Assembly (NCBI GenBank): GCA_964270895.1
Contig: OZ185435.1
DNA length: 64,000 nt
Reading direction: 5' to 3' (one strand)
From: Podarcis filfolensis
Taxonomy: Eukaryota
Shown here: in pieces, positions 24,760-38,369 of the stretch
How positions within the stretch are numbered: the first letter of the stretch is position 1
Layout of the letters: every line of letters starts with the position of its first letter
The notes under the pieces: generated by a model
Seen by the model: only the letters and a program-made list of their open reading frames with translations
What the model was told of the DNA's origin: nothing
Databases searched by the model: none
Made by a program: the position numbers and the translations under genes

Positions 24760-25115
24760 GATTCCCAAGGCAAAATAAAACATCAAATTCCATCAGAATA
24801 AAACAACAATAAAATGAACGTGAAACCACACCTCAATAGATGCAAATACAGAAGCAGTTAATAGAACTTTAAAACTTGGGAGAATAAAAAGGCCTTTGCC
24901 CATTCCTCAAAAGACAACAAAGTGGGTGCCAAGAGAGCCTTTCAGGGGAGGGAAATCCCATCAAGGAGCATGACTGCTGAAAATGCCCTATACCTCCCTG
25001 GTTTCCATCCGCCTCATCTCAGATGGTGGGGGCACCCACAGGAGAGCCTCAAGGGACAATCACAAATCATGGCTTTGTTGATGTGAGATTAAGTGTCGCT
25101 TCAGGTACCAGGGTC
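24760..25115 (-). mobile_element. L2 3' fragment (degraded)
   Basis: aaaggcctttgcc...aaagtgggtgccaag...gcttcaggtaccagggtcc matches the reverse of L2 3' motifs. Confidence 0.5.
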
Positions 25116-25883
25116 CTCAAAAGGTCCTAAAAGGTCAGCACCAACACTTTGAATTTTGCTTAGAAATGGAGTGGTGGCAAGCTGTGGATTTCTTGAGGCA
25201 TGAGCAACACCGGAATGACAAACATACGTGAATGCCCCGCTGCTCAACTTTCGACTTGCAATTTTCCAGTTCATGGAAGAGGAGCCGGGAAACAGCAGCA
25301 AAGTGAGAAGCATTGCTACTGTGCAATTGCCATCTTTCCCGGGAGGTACCAATTTAATTTTTATACCGCGTTAGAAAAGCCACTCATCCAAAGATCACTC
25401 AACTGTGAATTTACATCCCTGGCAACCGCCCTTGTTGCTTCTATAGTTGGGCTGCAATTGCTCGCCCTGCCTTGAACATCAAAGTTCTTCAGCAAAACAT
25501 AAGATATATTGTAAGTTGGGTATATTTATAAGCTTTGAACAAGGAATTATTTTCAATTTGTTATGATGGGGGGCGGGGCGGGGAAAGGCCACCTTATATT
25601 AGAACAGGAGTGGGGAACCTGTGGCCCGCCCAATGCTGTTGGACTACAATTCCCATCATCCTTGGCCATCCACCATGCTGGCTGGGTGTGATGGAAGATA
25701 GAGTCCATCCATATCTGGAGGACCCCCAATCCAGTCAAACCTAAATCCAGTTCTTAACCAGTACACTGGCTCTCACTCTGTATTATCTCCATAGATTTTC
25801 TCTCTAGATAAAACAGGTTTAGTGCTGTCTAGTTTATAGATACAAAGCAATCTGTGAGGAACACAGTGCCTGCTGAACTTATA

Positions 25884-26136
25884 CAGGCAACTCCCCATTT
25901 ATACAGGGATTACGTTCAAAGGCACCACACGTTTAAATGAAATTGCATATATTTGACTTAAACATGCAGTGCCTTGGAACGTAACCTCCACGTAAATGGG
26001 AAAAGCCTGCAACACCTCATTCTGCCCCTGCCCCAAGCCCTTTTGTGACGTTTTGGTGACATTTCAGGTCACTTCCAGATTTGGTGTGATGTGCGGTTGT
26101 GCACAAATTGAGCACGCGAAAATGGGAGGTTGCCTG
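25884..26136. mobile_element. Tc1/mariner-type MITE (second family)
   Basis: TIR CAGGCAACTCCC...GGGAGGTTGCCTG and TA TSD. Confidence 0.75.
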
Positions 26137-26564
26137 TAGAAAGGACATTTCAGAGTCGACATGAAGAAAGCATTAAAATAATGAAGGCTTCACAATGAAA
26201 TTTTAAACCAAAGGATAGAAAGCCATTAAAAAAAAAAAGCATTTGTGGAAAAATCACCTGTTAAAATGCGTTTACCAGAACAGTGTTGCTTTAGATACAA
26301 TGTACGGGCTAAATTTGAAATACTAAGTATACTAGATTGATGATTGTCAGTTGGCTGTTATGAAAATACTTAAGGTTGGACTGTGGAAAACAAGGTTGTT
26401 TTAAACACAGAGGATTGTAAATGACACTTCTGATTGGCTTGTGGGTCAAAAATATTGGCCACTCATTGGGCAGGAAAAGTGGTCTGATGAGGGGAAATAA
26501 CTCTAAGTCACTAAAATCTGATTGGTTGAAGGATAGGCAGGCTGCAACATAAATAGGCTCGTTG

Positions 26565-26896
26565 AAAATTAATGAACTCTGAAAAGATGTTGGTTTGAAC
26601 TTTGGTGGTCTCTAGCTGTTATGATAAAGATAATGGGGATTATAATTGTTTTTGTTATTAAATTTAAAAAAGTTGAGTGGAAAATAAGGTGATATTCTAA
26701 AAGGAATGTTAAGAGATTAGGATTTGCTGAATTAACAAAGTGAACTAGAGAACAAGAAGGGGAGGTATGAGGAAGTCAAAGAAACATGTGACTGAAAGAC
26801 TGTTATTGAAACTGAATTGTTTTTAATATTTTTCTTTTTCTTTTTCTTTTTGTGTTTATATAAAATTGGAAAACTTAATAAATATTCATTAAAAAA
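26565..26896 (+). mobile_element. L1 3'UTR insertion
   Basis: Short poly(A) after aaaattggaaaacttaataaatat. 19-bp TSD AACATAAATAGGCTCGTTG (26546-26564 / 26897-26915). Confidence 0.85.
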
Positions 26897-27248
26897 AACA
26901 TAAATAGGCTCGTTGTATAACTATTGAGAGTGACTGCTGAGCAGAGATGAAGAAGACAATGATGAAGAGAGGAAGATGGAGTGAAACTGGCTGAGAAGAA
27001 GAATCTGAGAAGTCTAGAGACTGGAACGGATGCAAGGCAGCAAGAGAAGATTTGAAGCTAGAGAAGCTGAATCATGGGATGTAGCCAAAGATTGGTAATG
27101 AGGCCATATAAAGCCATTAAGTAGTGCAGAAAATTTAGGAAGGAGATTCTGGAGCTGGCCAAAGTGAGAACTTCCTGAAAGTTTGGCTCAGCAGAAGCCA
27201 GTGGATGTCTACAGACTGACTGGGGAAAAGGTAGTAAGGATAATGGTA

Positions 27249-27375
27249 AAGGTAAAGGTACCCCTGCCCGTACGGGCCAGTCGTGTCCGACTCTAGGGTT
27301 GCGTGCTCATCTCGCTTAAGAGGCCGGGAGCCGGTGCCGTCCGAAGACACTTCCGGGTCACGTGGCCAGCGTGAC
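27249..27375 (-). mobile_element. 5'-truncated Sauria SINE (second subfamily)
   Basis: 14-bp TSD TAAGGATAATGGTA (27235-27248 / 27376-27389) and diagnostic gtacccctgcccgtacggg. Confidence 0.9.
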
Positions 27376-28912
27376 TAAGGATAATGGTATGTTAAGTTAA
27401 AGAGGGTTAGGAGTTAAGTTTTATCTGCCAGGCTTATGTAAACCCTATTACAACAAACCAAAGTATAGTATTCACCTTATCAAACCCTTTTGGTTTACAA
27501 TAAAGACTATATTCTTACTCTTATAAAAGCATGTCCATCTGGTTTTGTACCACATCTATAATACCACCACAGCTGCTAAGTTATAGTTAAAAGCGTTGGT
27601 GAACAATATAGTTCAATATGGCGGCAGTGGTTAGAAGGCAGATCAGCAGCAGTAAATAAAAGCTGGTTCTCTGAAAATAAATAAAATCTAGACTCCCCAC
27701 ATATAAAGTATTCATAAAGTGGGATGTCTCTCCACAACTTCATATGTCTCTCTTCTCCTTTTATCCCTCTCTGACACCTCCCCTTAGCTAGGGCTGGCTG
27801 CTCTTATTCGCAATGTGTCTGCTGTTGTTATGAACTTCATGGTATTTTATATAATTGATTTATGTATTGGGATGTATTTGGCAGCTTTCTAGTAATATAA
27901 AAAGCAGTGTCTGTACAAGTACAACTAATGGCAAATGTTGTTGTTGAGACTTCTTGGGCAGGTCACCACTGTAAAAAAATAAAATAAAAAATCTTGTTCC
28001 CAATTGATCTTTATGTGGTTAACGATTTTGACCGATTAACTGGAAAATGTTTGCTAGCAGGTGACTGAGCAAACAGAGACCAATGGCTTGGTTTCTATCA
28101 GTGGCCTAGAAGAAAGCATATTATTTCAGTCTTTTAAAAAAAATAAAGATGGATGCTTTGCAACATACTGAGCACCAGCCAGTTGCTGTTTCATGGTTCT
28201 GATGTTTGCCTCCCCCTTGCTGTGTTTTCATAATGTTTCACTCGCTTATTACAGCCAGTAAACTTCATTGTTTTCCTGGCACCACTGAAGTCTATGAAAA
28301 GCCTCTGCCGTTTATTGCACACAAATGCACTTTAACAGACTTTCTCCTGTGTGTCTTGAAGCACCTTGAAAAGTGAGTGTTTCATCAGAGCCAGTGCTGT
28401 CTGTAAGTGTGAAAACTCTGATAACAATCATATGTCCTTCTTGTTTTGGGCTTCTCTGTAGTGGAAGGCATTCATTCCAACCTTAACACAAACAATATGT
28501 GAAGAATAGGCATGTTCCCATGAAAGGTTCCTCTTTGATCTCCCACCTATCCAAGAAGTCTCTGAGTACAGTGAGGGCTAATATCAGTAAGTGGTGGCCA
28601 ATTTCAGTTCAGCATGTCCTTAGCAGTAGCCTCTGAATTCTGATTGCTGGATGCATAACCCAGTAAGGTGAAATCACTGGGTTCATTCACAAGGGATGCT
28701 GCAGTGATTGGCACATGTGGAGGAGGAGTGGTTCACTCATGGTAGGACTTAGGGGCAGCAGAATAAGAAGAATAAGCAGGAGGACCCCCCAAAACAGCAG
28801 GGCTGGCTTATCACATTTTAAAAGTAAGTTGGATAATGACCTTCTAAAGAGGGGATCCCCCCTATTAAATCTAGTATCTAAAATGACTCAACTGGGCCAC
28901 CGTAGAACAATA

Positions 28913-29122
28913 CAGTGGTACCTTGGGTTACATACGCTTTAAGTTACAGACTCTGCTAACCCAGAAATACTACCTCGGGTTAAGAACTTTGCTTCAGGAT
29001 CAGAACAGAAATCGTGTGGTGGCGGCACGGCGGCAGCGGGAGGCCCCATTAGCTAAAGTGGTACCTCAGGTTAAGAACAGTTTCAGGTTAAGAACGGACC
29101 TTCTTAACCCAAAGTACCACTG
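28913..29122. mobile_element. Tigger-like MITE, copy 4
   Basis: TIRs, TA TSD and an internal deletion. Confidence 0.88.
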
Positions 29123-29341
29123 TAATCACAAATATGAATTTCACGATCTCATTTCTCCTCAGCCACAATAATTTTCAGTGGGGTCAGTTCAAACTTTCAA
29201 CTGTGAGCTGTCAGGACCAAGTACCAAATGATCAAGAGAAATCAAATCACTGTCATATACACTTGAGAGAACTGGCTGTTAGAGGACATCCTTCTGAAGT
29301 CAATGGGGCAGGTTGAGATGGCATAAACAAGGGCTTAAAAG

Positions 29342-29342
<1 letters not shown>

Positions 29343-29379
<37 letters not shown>
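29343..29379. repeat. (ATT)n microsatellite (L2-tail derived)
   Basis: Direct inspection. Confidence 0.9.
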
Positions 29380-29380
<1 letters not shown>

Positions 29381-30000
29381 GCCTTTATCCTTGACAGAGA
29401 CTCAAGGTGGCTTTAAAAACAAAGGGGGGGGAGGACAATAATTTAAAAACAATTAAACAGTAATTGATTTAAAGCTATATATAAATACAAAATATCTATT
29501 AAAAGCATACAGCTAATTATAATAAAACATGGCACCATGAGGTCTAAATGCTTGAATCATAAGTTAGAAAATATTAGATGTAAGCAAGTGGGACTTCTAC
29601 TGAAGTCAGTGGGACAGCAATCAGTTAATAAATTGGTATCTTAGCATTTTAACTTGGATCTTTGCATTTTGGAACCAGGGTGTATGACCTGTGAAAAGTA
29701 AACAAAATAAGAACAGGATTATTTCCCAGTACCCAGTCCAGTTGTCCTTTTTGGACACGATAGACTTTGATGATGAGCTGACTGGCAAGTTGACAGACCG
29801 TTCTGAAGGCAGAGACTGAAGCAGCTCACTGACTATGGTGGAGCTGTTGTGCCAACTTCACCGTGGTTTTCTCAGGAGGGCGGGCTGAGGCGGCAAGGAG
29901 GTCAGCAATGCATTGCAAATGCACCAGCAGGAACACCAGATTGGATCTGCTGGTGCATGTGTACTGCACCAATTTCTTATCCTTTCTAGTAAACAACAGG

Positions 30001-30014
30001 GAGCCACCTGCTGG
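30001..30014 (-). promoter_or_regulatory. Candidate CTCF motif
   Basis: Reverse complement CCAGCAGGTGGCTC is close to the CTCF core consensus. Motif match only. Confidence 0.35.
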
Positions 30015-30886
30015 GAAGCTAGCATAACAGCTCTGCTCCCACCTAGTCAGCCATTTCTGGGCAGAGACAAAACAGCATTGTCACATTCCACAAGAACCTC
30101 CTTGGAGACTTTTCTTCAGGTCCTTCCTCCTTGGAGGTAGACCAGTCAATAGAATCTTCTTAGAGATCTTTGGAATGGTCTCTCCAGGGATACTAGCAGG
30201 GAGCTGTTTCTGATATCTTTCCCCCTGCAGATAAAGACCTTTTTATTTGGCCAGATATTAAGGTTAGCACTGACATAATCTTTGCTGCTGTATTGCTTTT
30301 GTTTTATGGAATGATTTTTGTTTTATTGTGGGCATGCATTTTTTTTTAAAATGGAAGCTTTTCTTAAAGTTCTTTGGACTGAAGCACTGAATCAATCAGC
30401 AAAAAATGGAAAACTAAATGTTGGTTAAGCTAGATTTGTAGCATCTGAAACCAGTGTAAGTAGAGAAAATTCAACCGCCTGTTTTGATTTACCTTCTGAA
30501 ATGTATATATTCCATAACATCTACTTGCTCAAGTTACAGGACTGTGTAGATGATGGTTTTCACATTCAGGAGAGACTGATAGCTTATGCACATGCATGTG
30601 TCTCATGTAGAGTTAATCAGGTAGGAAGGAACCTAGACAAAAACCAGATAGCTACTGTATACTATAAAGCTAGTACTTCCTTGCAAATGTATCATTGAAT
30701 CTCCACTGTAAAGGGTGTTTCTATTGATCTCTGGATGATCTCAAAAATATGATGGTGTGTTGAAAAGAGAACCCATAAGCTATATGCTCAACACACTGGA
30801 GTGGAAGTCAATCAGGCAGGTCTCTTCTACCCAATCGTTACGCAGTTGGATAATGATCAGGTGAAAATGATCAGATGATGCCCAAG

Positions 30887-31021
30887 CAGGACTTTTTTCA
30901 AGGGGAACTCACAGGAACTCAGTTCCGACACCTCTAGGGTGGGTGCCACTGATATTCTAAGAGAATGTGGCAGATGTTCATGGTAAATTCTGGCACCTCT
31001 TTTTCTAGAAAAATAGCACTG
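30887..31021. mobile_element. Short hAT MITE (gaggtgccggaactc family), copy 1
   Basis: TSD TGCCCAAG/TGCCCTAG. Related copies at 47286, 49968 and 63171. Confidence 0.8.
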
Positions 31022-31194
31022 TGCCCTAGGATCCTTTGGTGGGAATGGCAGGATAAAAATCTAATACATAAATCAAATAAAGAAAGAAAAGAGAAGAACC
31101 TTTGTAAGTGGACTTGTCCATGAGGCTCTGGGCTTCCTCATAAGAACAGCTCTAGTGCTGTTTTGGTAACATGTGAAAATTACCATACAATAAA

Positions 31195-31672
31195 CAAAAG
31201 ATTAATAGACACCTAATAGACATGATTAGGCTTAATAGGAATGGAAATCAAAATGGGAGACCAAAATCTGTTCATGTATGCTACGGCCGCCGCAAGAACC
31301 CTCCTGGCCCAAAGATGGAAAACACAAGACATACCAACCATCCAGGAGCGGCAGGTGAAGTTGACAGAATATGCAGAACTTGCCAAATTGTCAGGGAGGA
31401 TCCGGGACCAGGAAAATCAAAGATACCAAAATAACTGGAGTAAAATTATTGAATATTTAAAGGAGAATTGTAAAGAGGTTAAGACACTAGCAGGATTGAC
31501 ATAATACCTTCAATGTATAATAATACTATTGTGAGAATGAGGCGCGCGATAGAAAGGGGTTAAATATACCAATTGCAGGGAGGGAGGGGAGTCGCGACTC
31601 GGCGGAGTCAAGGGGAATGTATGGCATTAATATGGTTTGTTGGAAAAGAATATGTAAGGAAAACAATAAAAA
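31195..31672 (+). mobile_element. L1/Tx1-type LINE 3' end
   Basis: ORF 31241-31504 (AARTLLAQRWK...EYAELAKL...WSKIIEYL) resembles the L1 ORF2 C-terminus. 3'UTR has AATAAA. Confidence 0.8.
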
Positions 31673-33200
31673 TTTACTTGCAAATACAAAGAAGAGGAGG
31701 ACAGCAGTGATATAACAAGATTCTGGGCTCCAACTACTGTTTGTTCTTTAAAGGGTGACCACATGGAAAAAATGTTGTTCTCTCTGGCAATAGTAGTGCC
31801 CGAAAGAGCAGTGGGATCATGATGTGAATTGCCCATTCCCCAGACCTTAAGTTATTTCTGTCGCTGCTCCAGATTCTCCTCTTTCAGTGTTCCAGATATC
31901 GTGGCCAAATAAAACCCAAAGAAAGAATCCTAGCCTCGTGAACTTGGACAGCAACCGCTTAGAACCGCAATCCTCATAAACATTTGATTCATTACACTCT
32001 AAACCGCAGATTTTTATATCGTATGGAAAAACAGCGCTTTCAGCGACATTGTGCTTCTCACACAAAACTGGGGGGATATTTCTCAGCCAGTGCTATCTAC
32101 AGCCACAGTAGTCTCTCTCTCTCTCTCTTTTTGTCCCCTTGGAGACCTGAGGCCCATGCAAGCTGAGACCTGGCCTGACCCTGCTTAACTAAGGGAGCTG
32201 GCAGGATCACAGCCTGAGGTGGTAATAGGAAGGCCATTAATCAGTGCCTCTTTTCCTCCAAAGGTTTAACCATCTTCAACCGGAAAGAAACTAGGCTGGA
32301 AGCATCAGTGTCCTTTTGTAGCGGGGGGGGGGGGGCGTTGGGGAGGGAAGAGGATGCGAGGAAGGAGAGGAGAAAGTCAGCAGTCCAGTAAACCACTGCC
32401 TTCTTTTTTATAAACCGGCAACCAACTACCTATAAAATGTAAGTGTATTTTAAATAAATCGCTCTCAGCATGTTCTCCTGATGCTTGAAAATCATCATGG
32501 CGAATGATGAAATGCAGATAATAACAATAGCCACAATTCAAATAAGCCATTCATGAACAAGTAAGGGAACAGTGGCCTAAACAGAGCCTCCTTTGAGCAG
32601 TCTTCTGTAGCATCTCTTGCTCCCCCCAGAGAAAGGGCTATATGGCAAAGCAGAGAGCAGTATATGAAAGACTTTGTTGGGCCCCCGATCTGACTCAGGG
32701 AAGGTTATTGACATTGTGCTTTGAGTCGGGAGGGGGAAGCCTCCCCAAATCACCCTGATTTTCTTCATTGCCCAACCCACAAATGAGCTGATGCACAACC
32801 CTATTGTGCACAGACTGCAGGAGAACAAACGTTTTCAGCTGAAGGGGGTAGTGTTCCCACAGCAGCCTCTTGCGTTGCTCAAAAGAGGCAAGCCGCCCTT
32901 CAGTTTGCAGCTGGCTTTCATTTCTAGCAAGGCAAGGGAAGCTTCAAGCTGAGCAAGTTTGGATATGGCCAGTGCCTGGATGGGCAGAGCCTCATGTGCA
33001 CTGCCTTGGGTTCCATGACGGAAGAAATGAGGGATAAAATTATACTAAATAAATATGGGCAGGATTCAGGTAAGTTGTGCATGCAGAATGAGATCCACTT
33101 GTGCAATGGGACTTTCCTCCCCCTTCCCCCGCACTGCACCCCCTAAATCAGTTCCAGAGGATTGAGGGGAACCCGGAACAGATTTAGGTGGTGCATAGGA

Positions 33201-33439
33201 GGAAGAAGAAGAGTTTGGATTTAATATCCCGCTTTATCACTACCCTAAGGAGTCTCAAAGCGGCTAACATTCTCCTTTCCCTTCCTCCCCCACAACAAAC
33301 ACTCTGTGAGGTGAGTGGGGCTGAGAGACTTCAAAGAAGTGTGACTAGCCCAAGGTCACCCAGCATCTGAAGGAGCGGGGAAGCGAACTCGGTTCACCAG
33401 ATTACGAGTCCACCGCTCTTAACCACTACACCACACTGG
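33201..33439 (-). mobile_element. tRNA-derived squamate SINE (Squam3/MIR-like) with L2-type tail
   Basis: Head ccagtgtggtgtagtggttaagagcggtggactc...gagttcg on the minus strand, (CTT)n tail. Confidence 0.8.
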
Positions 33440-35197
33440 AAGAGAGGAAGGGAAGTCCCATTGAGCAAGTGGTATCCTGCATGCATTCACCCTACCTGGA
33501 GCTATATTGAATTCCACTCAGTCTGTGAAAAATAGGCTTCCTTGCGCTCCATCTCCACCTATGACAAGAGGCAATGACAAGTGGGGACTGGGGGACCCGT
33601 GAACTAGCTGGAGATTATCTGGGACTGACTGGAGGCATTCATTACAGTTGCAGCAACATTGCTAGCATGCAAACCGGCCTGTGGCCAAATGAATACCATA
33701 GCAAATATTCATATATTTTTAAGCGTGTGAGAGAGAAAGGATAAACAGGCTGTCCCCCAGATCAGCAAGCTCTACTACCCAAATCGTAGCTTCTTGTAAG
33801 TATTGTAACAACACTGAAGTTGGTCTGAGTGATCTCTCAAGGATCCCGCATGGAAAAAAACACGACTGTGGTTGCAAAAATGAGACGGCTAAAGAGGCCA
33901 AAACTTGCTGGACAAGTTTAGCCTGCGTAGCCTAGCAGAGGAATATAACAGTACGTTTTGCTTGATATACTAAAATTATGCACTCATATAATAGGCACAT
34001 TCCAAAGGTCTTCTGCACTTTGGGGAATTGCCCTCAAACTCTTTCCATGTGACCCAATCCATCACTAAAGCCACTTGATTATCAGACTGGTGACAGCATA
34101 TCCCAAGCTTTGCTGAAAACGATCTCATAAGCTCCTTCTACTGTAAGAGAAAGCCTGACGGGAGCAACCCTAACATGCCCATAATTAGAAGAATTCAGAT
34201 CGGTTCTTAATCCAATTCACCACACCAGCATCCATGATTAGATCTGCATCATGATATATCTCCAATACTATCCATTTTCATAAATGCAAACTTTCCCGAA
34301 TATGGGTCTGATGTATCCTGACATTTTAAAATATGTCCTATTGTCCTTTTCTGTGCAACAGACCAAACACTGAATGTTCAGTCCTATATCACTGTCAGTG
34401 AGATATTAGACCAGATGGCTGCTTCGGCACTGCATCAGAATTGGAGATAATTTATGCCATTCGCTCTTATTAGAATGTAGAAATGGAGAGAATTTGTAAC
34501 ATGCATACATGAAAAGGGTTGCACTCTGCTGACTATCTCCTTGCGTGGTTACGGCAGCAATGGGGGTCTGAATATTTTCCATCAAACACTGTTGGTGCTC
34601 ATGTTCAGCTAATTCTGTTTCACATAATAATGTCTTCCAGATTTAAGTTTACAGCATTCCACCCTTCACCCCCACCCCCAATAAGAAGAAAGAAATGCAT
34701 TACCAACTTACGATCCCCATAGCTCCTCATTTTCTTACAAACTTCCTTTTTCAGCAGATGTTAGCCTCATAATGGAGGTGGCTGATGTTTTAGGGAAAAC
34801 AAGAGAGGCTTGCAGCAAAATGAAGTGCTTCTGCTCAGGGTTCCAGCCAGCCAGCCAGCCAGCCAGCCATTGCTATACCACCTTCCAGCATACACTATCC
34901 TACCCCTTATTTCCCCCCTTGTCAACCATTAGTCGGCATTTCACAACTGCTGAACATGCACAGTCCTGCTGTTTTTCAGGGAACTGTCATTGAGGAACCC
35001 CAGTAAGCTTTCATAGAACCCAGGATCCTCTCAAAAAACACAGGTACATAATGAAAGTCAGGTCTGTTAGACACCTGGCATGCAATAGCATTTCATAACT
35101 GACAGAACTTGTTAGCCACCTTGTGTGGATCCTGCTTTGCCTATGAATAGCCAAAAATCCAATGCCGTTTAGCCTATCAATAGCCAAAGCACCTATA

Positions 35198-35381
35198 CAG
35201 TGGTACCTCGGGTTAAGAACTTAATTCGTTCCGGAGGTCCGTTCTTAACCTGAAACTGTTCTTAACCTGAAGCACCACTTTAGCTAATGGGGCCTCCTGC
35301 TGCCGCCGTGCCGCTACTGCGCGATTTCTGTTCTCATCCTGAAGCAAAGTTCTTAACCCGAGGTAATATTTCTGGGTTAGC
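35198..35381. mobile_element. Tigger-like MITE, copy 5 (truncated)
   Basis: One TIR plus body. Confidence 0.85.
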
Positions 35382-35444
35382 AAAGCAGGGGATGTTCTAC
35401 CACTTCCCCATTCCCCCCCAAACAAACCTCTGCCCTATTTCACA

Positions 35445-35753
35445 CAGACTCTCCAAGTATTCCTATTTTCCAGGGACAAGGATTTACAGAAGCCAGCCTG
35501 GTTTCTGATTTGATTCCAGAATATCCTGCTCTTCCTTAGGACATCCCTATTTTCATCAGAGAAATGTTGGAGGGTATGGAGTTATGTGACCCCCAAGCCA
35601 AGGAAATAAGTAACTATACTACCTTTGGAAGACACCTGAAGGCAGCCCTACATAGGGAAGTTTTTAAAAAATGTTTAATGCTTTATTATGTTTTTATATA
35701 TGTTGGAAGCTGCCCAGAGTGGCTGGGGCAACCCAGTCAGATGGGCAGTGTAT

Positions 35754-35811
<58 letters not shown>

Positions 35812-35856
35812 GAATAGGATATCTCTATTTTCATCGGAGAAATGTTGGCGGGTATG
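35445..35856. mobile_element. Composite TIR MITE with L2 tail, copy 2 (expanded (AAC)n)
   Basis: Same ends as 191-534, longer L2 segment, (AAC)n at ~35753-35810. Confidence 0.7.
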
Positions 35857-37943
35857 TAGCACACCATTTTTCATCTTTTATAGTGAAGGCAAGTAGGATA
35901 CACCAACGTCTGCAAGCCAAACCATCTGAAGTGGCCCTTTAGGCAAATAGTTACCCGCCTTTCTCCATTATCCCAAAGCTTTGCCTGATGTGAGGTGAGA
36001 AACACAATAGTACTGACTGGGTAATAAATTTCTACATATAAAGGTTAAAAAAGTCTTTTTGTGTGGAAAAAGGAACAGCAAAAGTGCTTAGTTAGTAAAG
36101 AGGTAATGATAGTTTTATTAGTCTGTGGGGAGAGTTTATTGGACAGCTCCTGATACCTGATTTTGGTTTTATACTCAGATTAATGGCAATAACTTTGCCA
36201 TCAATATCTTGAAATATTACTTGTGGCGGGAGGAAGTTTTATTGGCTGCTGCAGTTCACTGAGATTTAATTGATATGGCGTACTTACTCCATGCGAACTT
36301 GGTAAAGTAGATCAGGGGCTGAATGATTTAATTTACTTTAAGCTAATTTTAAATTATGCCACACCACATTATTAAGAGCAGATTTGTTTCCGACCCTTTG
36401 TGAATACATAATCCGTACTCGTGGCATGCAGCAAAACGAACTGTGACTTTGAGTGCCTGGCAATCACCGGATGAAAGCCATTACTTACGTATCAAAACCA
36501 ATATTTGTAACTTAATGTGGGACAGCAGAAGGCATCTAACGGGATCACTTATCTTTATTTCGCAAATTTAGCCTGCGCTGTGACAGATACCCTCTCAAAA
36601 TTAGAGAATTTTGGAAGTGTTCAGTAAACCTGGAAAGTAGGGAGATTTCAGGGAAGTGAGGGGTTGTTTTAGAAGAAGAAGCAATGATGGGTGTTGTTGT
36701 TGTTGTTAAAATTTGTATACAGCCCTATACCCGCAAGTCTCAGGGTGGTTCTTAACATAAAATCAGAACATAAAAACACAAAATACATAACAAAAACAAG
36801 AACCACCCAATAATCCCCATCATAAAGGCCTCTTTCCATTTCCATTTCCTGTCCAATATTGTTGACAACTGGATTTCCCAAGTGGCTACACACACACACA
36901 CACACAATCTTTGTTAAATCTGTCTGGTGGTATGTGGTGCTTTTTTTTCCGTTAGAAAAAGAACTTCATCAAAATGTAGGATAGTTGTTATGCAGGAGCA
37001 GTAACTCGCCGAACAAAATGATATTTCTTTTCCCATTGTTTGCTGCTCCACTGGTTCTAATAGCGACGTGGAGCTCAATTTCCTCCTCAGGAACATTGCA
37101 TTTCATATAGCACGTCAATTATTAACACGCAGTGTCCCGTGTCTTACTTTCAGTAGGTGAATTCATTGCTAAAACTTGCTAATTTATGCAAATGATCCTT
37201 AACCTGTTAACTGCCTGGCACGGATTTCTCACTTTGTTTGGGGTTTCTCTCTCCCTCCCCCCCCCCTTATTAAAGCCAATTCAAAACGAGAGGAGTGAAA
37301 TAACTGGGCAAATGATGCTTTGTTCTAGCCATTTAGTATTCAAGTCAATTATGTTTCATTGCAATAGCTATTAGCAAAGAGAGTGTAATGAAACTAAAGA
37401 TAACCAATGAAGAATTGTGTGTGATAGGAAAACATCTCGCCGGTGATGGTGCAAAATAGGCCTTAATCTTACCTCACCGCAACATTGCTGCCTTAACAAA
37501 CCATTGTTTATTTAGCCAGGAACAGGCCCCAGGCCTACATATTCCCACTTGGTGCTTTGATCCTGGTCTGTTTCAACTATGGTTGCTTTTTACATCAGAA
37601 ATGGGGAACTACGGCTCTTAAACCAGCATCAAACCATAGTTTTAAGGTCCAGGTTAGTAAACTGACATCAAACCACAGCTCCTCCTTTTGAGCAAAATAG
37701 TGAACTATAGTTTAAAGAGAGCAGAATAACAGTGCTGAACAACAACAACAAAAAGGAACTGATAAGGTGAGAGCTGTAGCTCAGTGATAAGGGCTGTAGC
37801 TCAGCAGTACAGCCTCTGCTTTGAATATATACAGAGAAATTATATGGACTGGGTCTTCCTGTGGCTGTAGCAGTAGAAGAGACAGTTGAGAAGGGTGAAT
37901 GGTGGCACTGAGTATCTTCAAATATCCGATGGGCTGTCAATAA

Positions 37944-38369
37944 TGTTGGAGGAAAGAGTTAATTTCTTTCCTGGACACAAATCACCCCATATATGAGATA
38001 AGCCAACGGGTGCACGATTGGCCAAGCCAGTTGCTATGGCAATGTCCCAGTGCCATCTATATAAGAGATTAAGGGATGTCAACTCATTAGTCAGTCAGTG
38101 AGTCTGTCCCTGAGTCAGAGTCTGTGTTACGTCTTGAATCACTGGAGCAACAGAAATACTTCCTACTTCTGTGTATCTGTATCTGTATCTGCAAAGCCTA
38201 CAAGCTGTATGTATATATCAACACCCGGAACTGTATTACTGAAGCCTGATCTTCTGCAGCAATAAACTGTTTTGGACCTTAAGCTGTCTCTGTGTGGTGG
38301 CTGGAACCAGGGACACATTCCGCTATGTGAGTGTCTCAACTCAGATTCCCAGCAAATAAAGGTCTAACA
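37944..38369 (+). mobile_element. Probable solo LTR
   Basis: TGTTGG...CTAACA ends, TATA (ctatataag) and AATAAA. No TSD seen. Confidence 0.45.

Larger units (their letters stand above)
26356..27570 (+). mobile_element. LTR-like element hosting L1 and SINE insertions
   Basis: Starts TGTTATG, has a TATA-like motif and late AATAAA (acaataaag ~27500). End boundary approximate. Confidence 0.5.

Noticed and set aside
35688-35942. Poly-Asn ORF
   Set aside because: Translation of an (AAC)n microsatellite inside a MITE.
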